64,000 nt of DNA, taken from the NCBI GenBank assembly GCA_024281095.1, contig JAMXLJ010000157.1, forward strand, positions 20,183 to 84,182, in the 5' to 3' direction. This DNA is from Acidimicrobiia bacterium (GTDB lineage: Bacteria > Actinomycetota > Acidimicrobiia > IMCC26256 > JAMXLJ01). Shown here piece after piece: positions 55,159 through 64,000 of this stretch (position 1 is the stretch's first letter; every line of letters begins with the position of its first letter). The notes beneath the pieces are model-generated. The model saw only the letters and a list, made by a program, of their open reading frames with translations, was not told where the DNA came from and ran no database searches. The position numbers and the translations under genes were made by a program.

Positions 55159-56406
55159 TCAGGCCGGAGTGAAGCTCGCCGGCATGCGCTTGATGCCGTG
55201 GATGAAGCTCGACTGGAGCATCGACGGCTCTCCGGTGACCTCGATGTCGGGGAGCCGCCGGAACAGCTCCTCGAACATCACCTTGATCTCGCGGCGGGCC
55301 AGGTTCGCGCCGAGACAGAAATGCGGGCCGCCGCCGCCGAAGCCGAAGTGATCGTTCGGCGAGCGCGTCACGTCGAAACGGTACGGGTCGGCGAACGCGC
55401 GCTCGTCGCGGTTCGCCGAGTTGTAGAACATGACGACCTTGTCGCCTTCTTTGACGCGCTGGCCGCCGATCTCGACGTCGCGCGTGGCGGTGCGCCGGAA
55501 GTTGATGACCGGAGTCGCCCAACGGACGATCTCCTCCACTGCGGACGGCGACACACCCTCGAAGTCCGACTGCCATCGCGCGCGTTCCCCGGGGTTCTTC
55601 GTGAGGGCCAGCATGCCGTGGCTGATGGCGGTTCGGGTGGTCTCGTTGCCTGCAACCACGAGGAGAACGAAGAACGAGCCGAGCTCGCTCGGAGTGAGCC
55701 GCTCGCCGTCGACCTCGGCGTGCATGAGTGTCGAGGTGATGTCGTCGCCCGGAGTGCGCCGCCGCTCCTCGGCCAGGTCGAGGCCGTACTGGTAGAGCTC
55801 GAACCCCGCGGCCATCAATTGCTCGAGGCTCGTCACGTACTCCGGGTCGCCGACACCCAGGACGATGTTGGTCAACTCGAACACTCGTTGCTCGTCGCTC
55901 TCGGGGATTCCGAGCATGTCGCACACGATCTGGAGCGGCATGGGCGCGGCGATCTCGGCGACGAAATCGCACTCGCCCTTCTCGGCGACCGCATCCACGA
56001 CTTTGCGGGCTCGTGCGCGCACGTATTCCTCGAGCTTGCGCACCTGCTTCGGTGTGAAGCCGCGGCTCACGATGTGGCGCAGCTTCGTGTGCCGGGGCGC
56101 GTCCATGTTGATCATCGAGCCGAGGAATTCCGCGAGCTCCTGCGGAATGTCGCCGATGTTGGTTCCCTTGCCCGAGATGAACGTGGTCGCGTCGCGGCTG
56201 ACGCGCACGACGTCGTCGTAGCGGGTGACGGCCCAGAAGCCGCGGCCCGGCGGGATGTTCTGGAACGCGAGCTCGTCGTGGAACGACACTGGCCGCTCGG
56301 CTCGGAGCTTGGCGAAGATGCCCTCGAGGTCGGCGCGCACCCACGTGGCCGGATCACCGAGTCGGATGTCATCGACCGAGAGCTCCGTGGTAGGAGAGGT
56401 ACCCAC
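55159..56406 (-). CDS. cytochrome P450 (CYP124/125/142 clan)
   Basis: 415 aa with heme loop FGFGGGGPHFCLGANLARRE. Confidence 0.85.
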   Translation of the reverse strand: MGTSPTTELSVDDIRLGDPATWVRADLEGIFAKLRAERPVSFHDELAFQNIPPGRGFWAVTRYDDVVRVSRDATTFISGKGTNIGDIPQELAEFLGSMINMDAPRHTKLRHIVSRGFTPKQVRKLEEYVRARARKVVDAVAEKGECDFVAEIAAPMPLQIVCDMLGIPESDEQRVFELTNIVLGVGDPEYVTSLEQLMAAGFELYQYGLDLAEERRRTPGDDITSTLMHAEVDGERLTPSELGSFFVLLVVAGNETTRTAISHGMLALTKNPGERARWQSDFEGVSPSAVEEIVRWATPVINFRRTATRDVEIGGQRVKEGDKVVMFYNSANRDERAFADPYRFDVTRSPNDHFGFGGGGPHFCLGANLARREIKVMFEELFRRLPDIEVTGEPSMLQSSFIHGIKRMPASFTPA

Positions 56407-56484
56407 CGTCCCTCCTTGTCAGGTGTGACGGACACAGCCGACCCCGTAGTCTTGCGCAGCCCACTCGAGGAAGGGAATCTTCAC

Positions 56485-56793
56485 ATGGCCAAGGTGTCGA
56501 TGCTCGCGAAGCTCGTCGTGAAGGACGGCAAGGGTGACGAGCTGATCGCTGCGTTCGAGGACTTGTTCCGTCAGGTCGAAGCAGAGCCCGGTACCGAGGT
56601 CTACGCGATGAACCGGTCCAGCAGCGACCCGGACGTCTTCTGGTTCTACGAGTTGTACGCCGACGCCGACGCGCTCGGCGCTCACGGCGGCAGCGAGGCG
56701 ATGAAGAAGGCGGGGGCCGTGTTCGGGCCGCTCATCGCCGAGAGCGAGCTGATCATGGGTACGCCCGTCAGAGCCAAGGGCGTGAAGGTCTAG
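56485..56793 (+). CDS. antibiotic-biosynthesis-monooxygenase (ABM/Dabb) family protein
   Basis: 102 aa: [28 protein letters not shown]...[16 protein letters not shown]. Confidence 0.7.
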   Translation: MAKVSMLAKLVVKDGKGDELIAAFEDLFRQVEAEPGTEVYAMNRSSSDPDVFWFYELYADADALGAHGGSEAMKKAGAVFGPLIAESELIMGTPVRAKGVKV

Positions 56794-56806
56794 CGACCAC
56801 ATCACC

Positions 56807-57757
56807 GTGGCGGTCGAGGCGATGGACACGTCGCGCTACGTCCCGTTCTCTCGCGAGGAATGGGCGCAGCTGCGTGCCGCGACGCCGCTGACGCTCGACG
56901 AGCGCGACCTCGAGCGCATGCGAGGGATCAACGAGCGCATCTCGCTCGACGAGGTCGTCGACGTGTACCTGCCGCTGTCGCGCTTGCTGAACCTCCAGGT
57001 CGCCGCGGCCCGCGGCCTCTCTCAAGCGGTCGACGTGTTCCTCGGCGTGCCGACCGTCAACCGCCCGTACGTCATCGGCATCGCGGGAAGCGTCGCGGTG
57101 GGAAAGAGCACGACCGCGCGAATCCTGCAGGCGCTGTTGTCGCGCTGGCCCGATCACCCACGCGTCGATCTCGTCACCACCGACGGCTTCCTCCACCCCA
57201 ACCATGTGCTGGAGTCGCGCGGGCTCATGAGCCGCAAGGGCTTTCCGGAGAGCTACGACGTGCGCCGGCTGCTCGAGTTCGTGGCCGACGTGAAGGCGGG
57301 AAACCTCGAGGTTTCGGCGCCGGTGTACTCGCACATCACCTACGACGTGCTCGACGACGACATCCAGGTTGTACGCCGGCCGGACATCCTGATCCTCGAG
57401 GGCCTGAACGTGCTGCAGACCCCCGACGTGACGAGCGGGCGGCCGTCGCGTCCGGTCGTGTCCGACTTCTTCGACTTTTCGATCTATGTCGACGCGGAGG
57501 AGCGCGACATCGAACAGTGGTACGTCGAGCGCTTCCTCACGTTGTGCGAGACCGCCTTCCGTGACGACGCCTCGTTCTTCCGCCACTTCGCAGGGTTGTC
57601 GCACGACGAAGCGGTAGGCGTCGCGCGCGGCATCTGGGCCGAGATCAACGCGGTGAACCTGCGCGAGAACATTGCGCCGACCCGTGAGCGGGCCCGCCTG
57701 ATCCTGCACAAGGGCCGGGACCATTCGGTGGAGTCGGTGCGCCTGCGCCGCTTGTAA
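56807..57757 (+). CDS. coaA: type I pantothenate kinase
   Basis: P-loop [16 protein letters not shown], then ...[10 protein letters not shown]...[10 protein letters not shown].... An alternative ATG lies at 56822. Confidence 0.9.
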   Translation: MAVEAMDTSRYVPFSREEWAQLRAATPLTLDERDLERMRGINERISLDEVVDVYLPLSRLLNLQVAAARGLSQAVDVFLGVPTVNRPYVIGIAGSVAVGKSTTARILQALLSRWPDHPRVDLVTTDGFLHPNHVLESRGLMSRKGFPESYDVRRLLEFVADVKAGNLEVSAPVYSHITYDVLDDDIQVVRRPDILILEGLNVLQTPDVTSGRPSRPVVSDFFDFSIYVDAEERDIEQWYVERFLTLCETAFRDDASFFRHFAGLSHDEAVGVARGIWAEINAVNLRENIAPTRERARLILHKGRDHSVESVRLRRL

Positions 57758-57761
57758 TTCC

Positions 57762-58568
57762 TCAGATCTGCGACGGGGTCTCGATCAGCTCCAGCGCGGT
57801 GCCGTCCGGGTCGAGGAACAACAACGCGCGCAGTCGTGGGAGGCCCGGCCCCATGTCGAGCTCCGCCGGCGCCGACACGCACGTGACGCCACGGACGCGC
57901 AGGGCGTCGTAGTCGGCGTCGATGTCGTCGGTCATGAGCGCCATGCGATACATGCCGAGGTGGTTGGCCACCGGATACGGGGGCGACACCGGCTCGGGGC
58001 TGCGCCACTCGACGAGCTCGACCGCGAACCCACCCGCGCGGTCGCGCAGCCGGGCCGCGGTTCCGCGCGCCGCGCCCGCCACGGCGAGGCGCCGCGGGTC
58101 CGCCTCCTCGGGCTCGAAGCCGACCACGTCGGTGTAGAACGGCAGGGTTCGGCCGAGGTCGGTACAGCCGATCACCACGCCGGCAACGCCGGCGCCCTCG
58201 CCCGGGTCGAGCTGCACGAGCGTGCCGTCGGGGTCGGCGAGCACCGTGCTCGCCTGGACGTCGGGCGAGGTCACCAGCAGCCGGCTGAAACCGGCGGCGA
58301 CGGCGCTCGCGTGGGGACGCCCCGTGAACGCGGGGACCTTCCACTCCAGCAGGTCGACGACGGGCCCGGTGCCGCCCTGCCAGCCCGTCATCATGAACGC
58401 GTCCCACTGTGCCGATTCGAGCCCGAACGCGTCGCCCGGTTGCGGCGCGGTGGGCCGCGTGCGCGCGGCAGGCGAGAGGCCGGCGCGGTCGCGGTAGTAC
58501 TCGACCGAGCGCTCGAGGTCCGAGCAGTTCACATTGACGTGGAACACCCGCCTCGCGGAGATCGGCAT
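57762..58568 (-). CDS. VOC (glyoxalase/bleomycin-resistance/dioxygenase) family protein, two-domain
   Basis: 268 aa from MPISARRVFHVNVNCSDLERSVEYY, with a second repeat ...GVVIGCTDLGRTLPFY.... Confidence 0.65.
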   Translation of the reverse strand: MPISARRVFHVNVNCSDLERSVEYYRDRAGLSPAARTRPTAPQPGDAFGLESAQWDAFMMTGWQGGTGPVVDLLEWKVPAFTGRPHASAVAAGFSRLLVTSPDVQASTVLADPDGTLVQLDPGEGAGVAGVVIGCTDLGRTLPFYTDVVGFEPEEADPRRLAVAGAARGTAARLRDRAGGFAVELVEWRSPEPVSPPYPVANHLGMYRMALMTDDIDADYDALRVRGVTCVSAPAELDMGPGLPRLRALLFLDPDGTALELIETPSQI

Positions 58569-58592
58569 CGGCGTGACGGTATCGTCTCGGCC

Positions 58593-59024
58593 GTGGACGC
58601 GGCAGACGCGGTGAGCAAGCTGATCTACGAGTACGCGGCCCGCATCGACGCCGGCGACTTCGACGGCGTGGCACAGCTGTTCGCGCACGGGACGTTCCTC
58701 GACTTCCAGGGCGCGGACGCCGTGCGGAAGTGCTTCGAGCGCATGGTCGTGCGCTACGACGACGGAACGCCACGTACGAAGCACGTGACGACCAACCTGA
58801 TCGTCGACGTCGACGAAGCGCGCGGCACCGCGACCGCCGGGTCGTACTTCACCGTGCTGCAGAGCGTCGCCGGCTCACCGCTCCAGATCGTGATTGCGGG
58901 GCGCTACGCCGACACGTTCCACCGTCTCGACGGCGAATGGTGGTTCGACCGGCGAATGGTCCATTCGGATCTGATCGGGGACCTGAGCCGGCACCTGCAG
59001 GTCGACCCGTTCGCCGAACGCTAG
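58593..59024 (+). CDS. NTF2/SnoaL-like family protein
   Basis: ...AVSKLIYEYAARIDAGDFDGVAQLF...DGEWWFDRR.... The GTG58593 start is uncertain. Confidence 0.55.
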   Translation: MDAADAVSKLIYEYAARIDAGDFDGVAQLFAHGTFLDFQGADAVRKCFERMVVRYDDGTPRTKHVTTNLIVDVDEARGTATAGSYFTVLQSVAGSPLQIVIAGRYADTFHRLDGEWWFDRRMVHSDLIGDLSRHLQVDPFAER

Positions 59025-59737
59025 AGGACGCGGCCGGTCTTCAGCGGGTTGAGCTCGGAGTCGACGAGCAGCTTCGCCCGCCAGTCGATCGCAACCCCCT
59101 CGGATCGCCGGCGCCATCGGGCGACGCTCGCGTCGTCGTCGTACGCAGCTTCGATCTCGGCCCAACGCTCCCAGGTCTCGATCGCCCAGATGACGATCAC
59201 CTCGGAGTCGTTGACCATCGCGGTGCGGTACGCGCCGACGAGCTGGAGGCCGATGCGACCGGCGATCGGCATCCAGTCCTGTTCGAGCATCGCGAGGTAC
59301 GTCTTGGCGTGGCCCGGCGCGACCTGCACGGTCTCGTGCGAGTACACCTCGCCGCGAACGCCGCGCTCCATCGCCTCCTCGAGTGTGGGGCTGTACTGCG
59401 CGGGGACGAGGATCCGGTCGTAGCCGCCGCTGCGGAAATTCGCGGCTTCGGCCCACCAATGCTCGAGCGACGGATCCTGCAGCGTCGGGCTCTCGAACTC
59501 GTGCCGGAAGTTCGCGGCGAGACCTTGCCACCCGTCGAGCTCCCACAGGTTGACCGTCTGGGGCCACCGCTCCGTGCTCCCAACCGTCGCCCACACCCCC
59601 ACGCAGAGCATGTTGCGTTCGCTGCGGCCGATCGGCCCCCAGTTCGCGGTCATGTGGTGCATGTACTTGGCTCGGTTCTGGCCCACGATGTCGACGAGCT
59701 CGTGGATGTAGACCTTGCTGTTCGCCACGACCGGCAA
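59021..59737 (-). CDS. duplicated dimeric alpha/beta-barrel (NIPSNAP-like) protein
   Basis: 238 aa with two internal repeats beginning VYIHELVDIVGQNRAKYMHHM and VYSHETVQVAPGHAKTYLAML. Confidence 0.45.
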   Translation of the reverse strand: MPVVANSKVYIHELVDIVGQNRAKYMHHMTANWGPIGRSERNMLCVGVWATVGSTERWPQTVNLWELDGWQGLAANFRHEFESPTLQDPSLEHWWAEAANFRSGGYDRILVPAQYSPTLEEAMERGVRGEVYSHETVQVAPGHAKTYLAMLEQDWMPIAGRIGLQLVGAYRTAMVNDSEVIVIWAIETWERWAEIEAAYDDDASVARWRRRSEGVAIDWRAKLLVDSELNPLKTGRVL

Positions 59738-59760
59738 AGTACCTCTGCCAGACTGTCCCA

Positions 59761-60558
59761 GTGCTGCAGGTCGAGGATCAGGACCGGGTTCGCCTGCTGA
59801 GGCTGGACCGGCCGGAGGCGCTCAACGCGTTCTCCGATGCGCTGTACCACGCGGTCGACGACGCGCTCACCGACGCCGCGACACGTGACGACATCGCCGT
59901 GGTCGTCATCACCGGCGCCGGCCGGGCCTTCAGCGCGGGCCAGGATCTCGGCGAGATGGCCCGTCTCGCGCCGGCGGCTGACCGCACGCGCACCTCATCC
60001 GACGACGGCCGCGGTCACGGGTTCGTCCCGTTCATCAACTCGTTGGCGACGTTTCCCAAGCCGTTGATCGCAGCAGTCAACGGGGTCGCCGTGGGCCTCG
60101 GCCTCACCATGCTTGCTCACTGCGACCTCGTGCTCGTCGCCGACGGCGCACGGTTGCGTGCGCCGTTCGTGAGCCTCGGTGTGGTGCCCGAGGCCGCGAG
60201 CAGCGCGCTGCTCCCTGCCGTGATGGGATGGCAGGCCGCCGCGCATGCCTTGTTCACGGCGTCGTGGATCGACGCGCAGCAGGCGGTCGACACCGGGATC
60301 GCCTGGGCCCGGTTCCCGAACGACAAGCTCCTCGACGAGGCGCTCGAGCTGGCCCGGACGATCGCGGCCATGCCGCTCGTGTCGCTCGTGCGGACGAAGG
60401 CGTTGATCCGCGGCGCGCGCGGCTCGATGGTGCACGACGCGCTCGAGCGCGAGCAGGCCGAGTTCGCCCGCCTCACGGGTGGCCCCGCCAACCGTGAGGC
60501 GCTCGCCGCGTTCCTCGAGAAGCGGGACCCCGACTTCACGAGGCTTCCGGCCGAGTAG
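59761..60558 (+). CDS. enoyl-CoA hydratase/isomerase (crotonase) family
   Basis: 265 aa with ...VVVITGAGRAFSAGQDLGEM...AAVNGVAVGLGLTM.... Confidence 0.85.
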   Translation: MLQVEDQDRVRLLRLDRPEALNAFSDALYHAVDDALTDAATRDDIAVVVITGAGRAFSAGQDLGEMARLAPAADRTRTSSDDGRGHGFVPFINSLATFPKPLIAAVNGVAVGLGLTMLAHCDLVLVADGARLRAPFVSLGVVPEAASSALLPAVMGWQAAAHALFTASWIDAQQAVDTGIAWARFPNDKLLDEALELARTIAAMPLVSLVRTKALIRGARGSMVHDALEREQAEFARLTGGPANREALAAFLEKRDPDFTRLPAE

Positions 60559-61242
60559 TCAGCGGCTCGGGTAGCGGGGGAGTCGCCGCCGCCGCGGAAG
60601 GAACTCCTCGCGACGACGGCGGGCACGCTCGATCGCCAGCGAGGTGTGGCGGTCCACCTGGAACGCTGCGACGGCCGGCCGCTTGCGCACGAGGCCCGCA
60701 CCGAGCACTAGGAGCACGGTGGCCACCGTGGCGAGGATCCAGTCGCTCGTACCCGTGAAGGCCATCGTGGGACCTCCGGCGCGGTTGCCCGGCGCCGCAG
60801 CGGGCGGAGCCGTCGATGCCGCCGCGCCCGCGCCTGGCGTCGTGGGCGTGACGGTGGGGACGCTTGCCGCCTGCAGCGAGCCGTTCACGACCGTGATCGT
60901 GCCCGTGGCGTTGCTGTGGATGTCGCGATACGAGACGCTGCCGAGCGCGGTGAACTGGTACGAGAACGTGCCGCCGGGAACGACGTCGTCGGAGGCGAAC
61001 GTGCCGTCGACCGCCGTGACCGTGTGGGGCCCGCGGTCCTTGTTCGTCCAGACGACCTCAGTGCCCACCGGAACCGAGAGTGTGACGGGGTCGAAGCCCG
61101 AGTCGACGATGGCGACACCGACGGTTGCCGGGGCCGGGGATGTATCCCGCTGCGGACCGGACGTCGCGTGAGCCGGGCTCGCGAACGCCAGCACCGCGAC
61201 GCACGCCCAGATCCACGCGCTCACTCGAGCCAGCCCGCGCAT
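60559..61242 (-). CDS. secreted cupredoxin-fold protein with degenerate Cu site and an LAxTG-like (MAFTG) C-terminal anchor region
   Basis: Signal peptide ...AFASPAHA. Cupredoxin core GTEVVWTNKDRGPHTVTA, but YRDIHSNATGTI replaces Y-C-x-x-H-x-x-M. MAFTG is followed by a hydrophobic helix, RKR and then a 39-aa basic tail. Confidence 0.6.
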   Translation of the reverse strand: MRGLARVSAWIWACVAVLAFASPAHATSGPQRDTSPAPATVGVAIVDSGFDPVTLSVPVGTEVVWTNKDRGPHTVTAVDGTFASDDVVPGGTFSYQFTALGSVSYRDIHSNATGTITVVNGSLQAASVPTVTPTTPGAGAAASTAPPAAAPGNRAGGPTMAFTGTSDWILATVATVLLVLGAGLVRKRPAVAAFQVDRHTSLAIERARRRREEFLPRRRRLPRYPSR

Positions 61243-61383
61243 CCGGCCCTCCCTCCCGAGCCAATCGGAAGGTAGCGCCGCCATCCGCGGAAGCGAGGGA
61301 CCCTCAGCGAGCGTTCACGCCCGTCAGGCCGTATCCTGGCCCCCGGCGCGCGCCGTTGCCGGGTGCGGCAGACGTCCCAAGGG

Positions 61384-61435
61384 GGCATCCCGTGCGGGAT
61401 GCCGGGCAGAAGGAGAACACCGGTCGAACCGGTGT
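61384..61435. promoter_or_regulatory. two inverted repeats upstream of the LacI-family gene
   Basis: GGCATCCCG-TG-CGGGATGCC (61384-61403) and ACACCGGT-CGA-ACCGGTGT (61417-61435). Confidence 0.35.
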
Positions 61436-61478
61436 GACGAAGGGACGTACCGATGAATTCCAGGGCGGGGGTTCGACG

Positions 61479-62522
61479 GTGGATGCCGCGCGCGGGCGGT
61501 TGACGTCACTCGCCGACGTCGCGCGTCGAGCGGGAGTCTCGATCACGACGGCGTCGCGGGTGATGAGTGCGAGTCCGCATCCGGTTGCCGCGGACACGCG
61601 TCGCCGTGTGCTGCAGGCGGCCGACGAGCTCGACTTCGAGCCGAATCTCGTCGCGCGTGGCCTCGTCGCCCATCGCACGAGCATGGTGGCGATCCTGGTC
61701 GACGACCTCACTGATCCCGCGGCGGCGCTCGTTGCGCGCGGTGTCGAGGATGACGCGTTCGAACATGGCTTCTCGGTCGTCGTGGGCGACACCGACGGCG
61801 ACACCGCGAAACAGGTCGCGTACGTCCGCAAGCTGCGTGCGATGCGCGCCGATGCGGTCCTGCTCGCGACCGCGGCAGCGGATGGCGGCGCGAACCGCGA
61901 GGATCTGATGCGTCAGTTGCGTCAGGTCGAAGGGGGTGGAGGCGTGATCGTGCGCCTCGGGCCGAACGGCGCGACCCCCTCCGATGTCGCGTGGTCCCGC
62001 CGTGACGTCTTCGATCTCGCGGTCGGCCACCTGCACGCACTCGGTCACCGCCGCATCGCGCTCCTTGCCGGTCACGGGCGGGGCGGGCACACGGCCGCGG
62101 TGGACGCGTGCCGGTCTGCGATCGAGGCGCTCGGCCTGGCGTTGCCACCGAAGCACGTCGTGACGATGGGCGCGGCGGACAGCGCGGCGGCCATGGCGCA
62201 GGCGATCGACGCGCTCACGCCGGAGGTGACCGCCCTCATCGCGACGAGTGATGCGAGCGCGGCCGCGTTGATGGCCGCACTCCAGGCGCGGGGCCGTCGC
62301 ATCCCGGCCGAGCTGTCGATCTGCGGTCTCGGTGACCTCCCGGTCGCGTCGATGGTGTCGCCGGCGCTGACGACGGTGCGCCTGCCGCTGCGTGAGTCGG
62401 GCCGTGTCGGGATGCTGCGCGCGCGCGAGGTCCTCGACGGCGGTGTCTCGGTCAAGCGGACCGAGCTGCCGGTGGAGCTCGTGGTGCGCGACTCGACCGC
62501 GCCTGTGCGCGAGGCGTTCTGA
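61479..62522 (+). CDS. LacI family transcriptional regulator
   Basis: HTH LTSLADVARRAGVSITTASRVMS plus a periplasmic-binding-protein-like core. Start is GTG61479, with alternative GTG61434. Confidence 0.8.
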   Translation: MDAARGRLTSLADVARRAGVSITTASRVMSASPHPVAADTRRRVLQAADELDFEPNLVARGLVAHRTSMVAILVDDLTDPAAALVARGVEDDAFEHGFSVVVGDTDGDTAKQVAYVRKLRAMRADAVLLATAAADGGANREDLMRQLRQVEGGGGVIVRLGPNGATPSDVAWSRRDVFDLAVGHLHALGHRRIALLAGHGRGGHTAAVDACRSAIEALGLALPPKHVVTMGAADSAAAMAQAIDALTPEVTALIATSDASAAALMAALQARGRRIPAELSICGLGDLPVASMVSPALTTVRLPLRESGRVGMLRAREVLDGGVSVKRTELPVELVVRDSTAPVREAF

Positions 62523-62549
62523 CCCGTGCCCCTCAGGTGTCTCCCCGCG

Positions 62550-63512
62550 TCAGGACGCGCGGAGGCCGGGCACGGGAACGTCGCCGGGACGTGGGTCGCC
62601 GTGGCGGTCGACGCCGCACAGGTGCTGCCAGGGCCGCGGGACGCGGCCCGCGTCGATCACGCCGGTCGAGAGCAGCGTCGCGAGGATCGGGCGTGTCGCC
62701 GTGTGCCGCAGCGCCACGCGGCTCGGTGAGCGCCGGACCGCCTTCCACGTCTCCCAGCCGGGGAGACCGGCGGCCCGGTAGACGCCGGGGTGGACCATCG
62801 TGTCGAACAGCACCTGGATGATCCGCGGCGCGAGCCACCGGATACGTCGCCGTTCACGCGGCGGTGCCTCGGCCCAGAGCTCGGGTAGCACCGTGCGTGC
62901 GAACGAGAGGTGACGTGCCTCCTCCTGACGGTGATAGCGGTTCACCGCCGCCAGCAGGGGATCGGTGTCGGGGTGCTCCGACGCGATGCGCTGCAACAGG
63001 TCGGGAATCTCCTCGCCCCCGAGGATCAGGACGGTGAGGAGCGCGGGCTGGCTGACGGCCCACCGCATCATCCGGTGACCGAACCAGCCGGCCGGCCCCC
63101 GCTCGAACGGATTGCGCGCAGTAGGCGCGAGCTCGTGGATGAGGCGCACGAACGCGCGCGAGTGACGCGTCTCCTCGCCGATCTCGTGGAACATGTAGAC
63201 GATCCGCGGGTCGGTGACGTCAGGCGCCTCGGCGATCTGCAGCGCGAAGCCCGCGGTGAGCGCGGCCTCGAAGCGCACGCCCGCGTCGAGCATCGACGCA
63301 ACCTGCTCGCGTGACAGGCGGTCGAGCTCCTCCTCGGAGAGGTCGAGGTCGAGATCGTGCACGGACAGCAGCTCGCGACCGATCACCGCCCCCGGACGCA
63401 TCGAGCCCCATTCGAAGCTCTCCGGGTCGATGACCCGGCGGGACGACACGGCATTCAGCTGTGAGATCCGCCCGTCTGCCGGGCGGGTGTCCGCGGCCAG
63501 CGTCGCGCTCAT
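62550..63512 (-). CDS. ferritin-like diiron oxygenase (AurF-like family)
   Basis: 320 aa from ATG63512 (GGGAGG upstream). ExxH motifs: EIGEETRH and QEEARH. Confidence 0.55.
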   Translation of the reverse strand: MSATLAADTRPADGRISQLNAVSSRRVIDPESFEWGSMRPGAVIGRELLSVHDLDLDLSEEELDRLSREQVASMLDAGVRFEAALTAGFALQIAEAPDVTDPRIVYMFHEIGEETRHSRAFVRLIHELAPTARNPFERGPAGWFGHRMMRWAVSQPALLTVLILGGEEIPDLLQRIASEHPDTDPLLAAVNRYHRQEEARHLSFARTVLPELWAEAPPRERRRIRWLAPRIIQVLFDTMVHPGVYRAAGLPGWETWKAVRRSPSRVALRHTATRPILATLLSTGVIDAGRVPRPWQHLCGVDRHGDPRPGDVPVPGLRAS

Positions 63513-63585
63513 GGCTGCCTCCCTCGCCTGCCTTCGGGCCCGCGCTCCGGGCCGGTGCGTTCCCCATGACGTACCCCGGCGAGTG

Positions 63586-63627
63586 ACGAATCTAAACACC
63601 AAGAAGAATCTTCAGATTTTTGATTCC
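63586..63627. promoter_or_regulatory. AT-rich divergent promoter/operator region with GAATC/GATTC repeats
   Basis: ACGAATCTAAACACCAAGAAGAATCTTCAGATTTTTGATTCC. GAATC occurs at 63588 and 63606, and GATTC at 63622. Imperfect inverted repeat AGAATCT-TC-AGATTTT. Confidence 0.4.
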
Positions 63628-63651
63628 CCTGGTGAACGGTAAGCTGCGTCG

Positions 63652-64000
63652 GTGCTGCAGGAGCGGCCAGAGCCGGACGGATTGCCGGAGACGAAGGGCG
63701 AACGGACCCGGGCCCGGCTGCTCGAGCTGGCGATCCGGCGATTCGCAGCCGAGGGGTTCCGCCGCACGTCGGTGTCGGACATCGCACGCGATGCCGGGCT
63801 CACGCCCGCCGCCGTCTACGCCTACTTCGCCGGCAAGGAGGCGCTCTTCGAAGCCGCGGTCGACGCGGACGCGGCCGCGCTCATCGACGACGCCCGTGCC
63901 GCCTCGACCGGAGGCGGCATCCTCGACCGTGAGGTCGACTTCGTGGGGGCCCTGATGCAACGGGTCGAGGAACACCCGCTCGCCCGGCGCGTCCTCGCCG
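63652..64000 (+). CDS. TetR family transcriptional regulator (3' end outside the window)
   Basis: Translation from GTG63652 reads VLQERPEPDGLPETKGERTRARLLELAIRRFAAEGFRRTSVSDIARDAGLTPAAVYAYFAGKEALFEAAV.... It is absent from the ORF track because no stop lies in the window. Confidence 0.75.
   Translation, partial: MLQERPEPDGLPETKGERTRARLLELAIRRFAAEGFRRTSVSDIARDAGLTPAAVYAYFAGKEALFEAAVDADAAALIDDARAASTGGGILDREVDFVGALMQRVEEHPLARRVLA

Noticed and set aside
59021-59024. Convergent genes sharing a palindromic CTAG as both stop codons
   Set aside because: A trivial consequence of TAG being self-complementary within CTAG, with no functional implication supported.
1-64000. Search for CRISPR arrays, transposases, integrases, phage or defence-system genes
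   Set aside because: No repeat-spacer periodicity, no terminal inverted repeats flanking genes, and no recognisable mobile-element or defence proteins were found in any frame.

Overview
High-GC (about 70%) actinobacterial-type chromosomal window that is almost entirely coding, with no rRNA, tRNA, CRISPR or transposase/integrase genes seen. It is dominated by a lipid/steroid side-chain catabolic island: 10 acyl-CoA dehydrogenase (ACAD) genes in three paralog classes, 9 SDRs (three long Hsd4A-like), 2 CYP124/125-like P450s, 2 LLM-class and 1 PPOX-class flavin/F420 enzymes. It also holds an igr-like fadE-chsH2-fadE-chsH1-ltp2 module, a DUF35-DUF35-ltp-ltp operon, CoA-transferases, one FadD, one FadA, one EchA and CoaA. 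A TetR regulator that strongly resembles mycobacterial KstR sits mid-window, and three close matches to the KstR operator TnnAACnnGTTnnA lie in promoter gaps. No ring-opening genes (kshA, kstD, hsa) are present. The most unusual observation is at the left edge. A DsbA/FrnE-like gene carries an in-frame TGA exactly where the first Cys of its CxxC motif belongs, followed by a SECIS-like hairpin, so it is either a candidate selenoprotein or a fresh pseudogene. Other points of interest are a 475-nt divergent intergenic region with a 33-nt perfect palindrome, a roughly 640-nt lower-GC non-coding island, an orphan membrane protein after ltp2, a fused double CoA-transferase and a cupredoxin-like protein with a degenerate copper site. 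All product calls rest on reading motifs and recalled family sequences. No database search was run.
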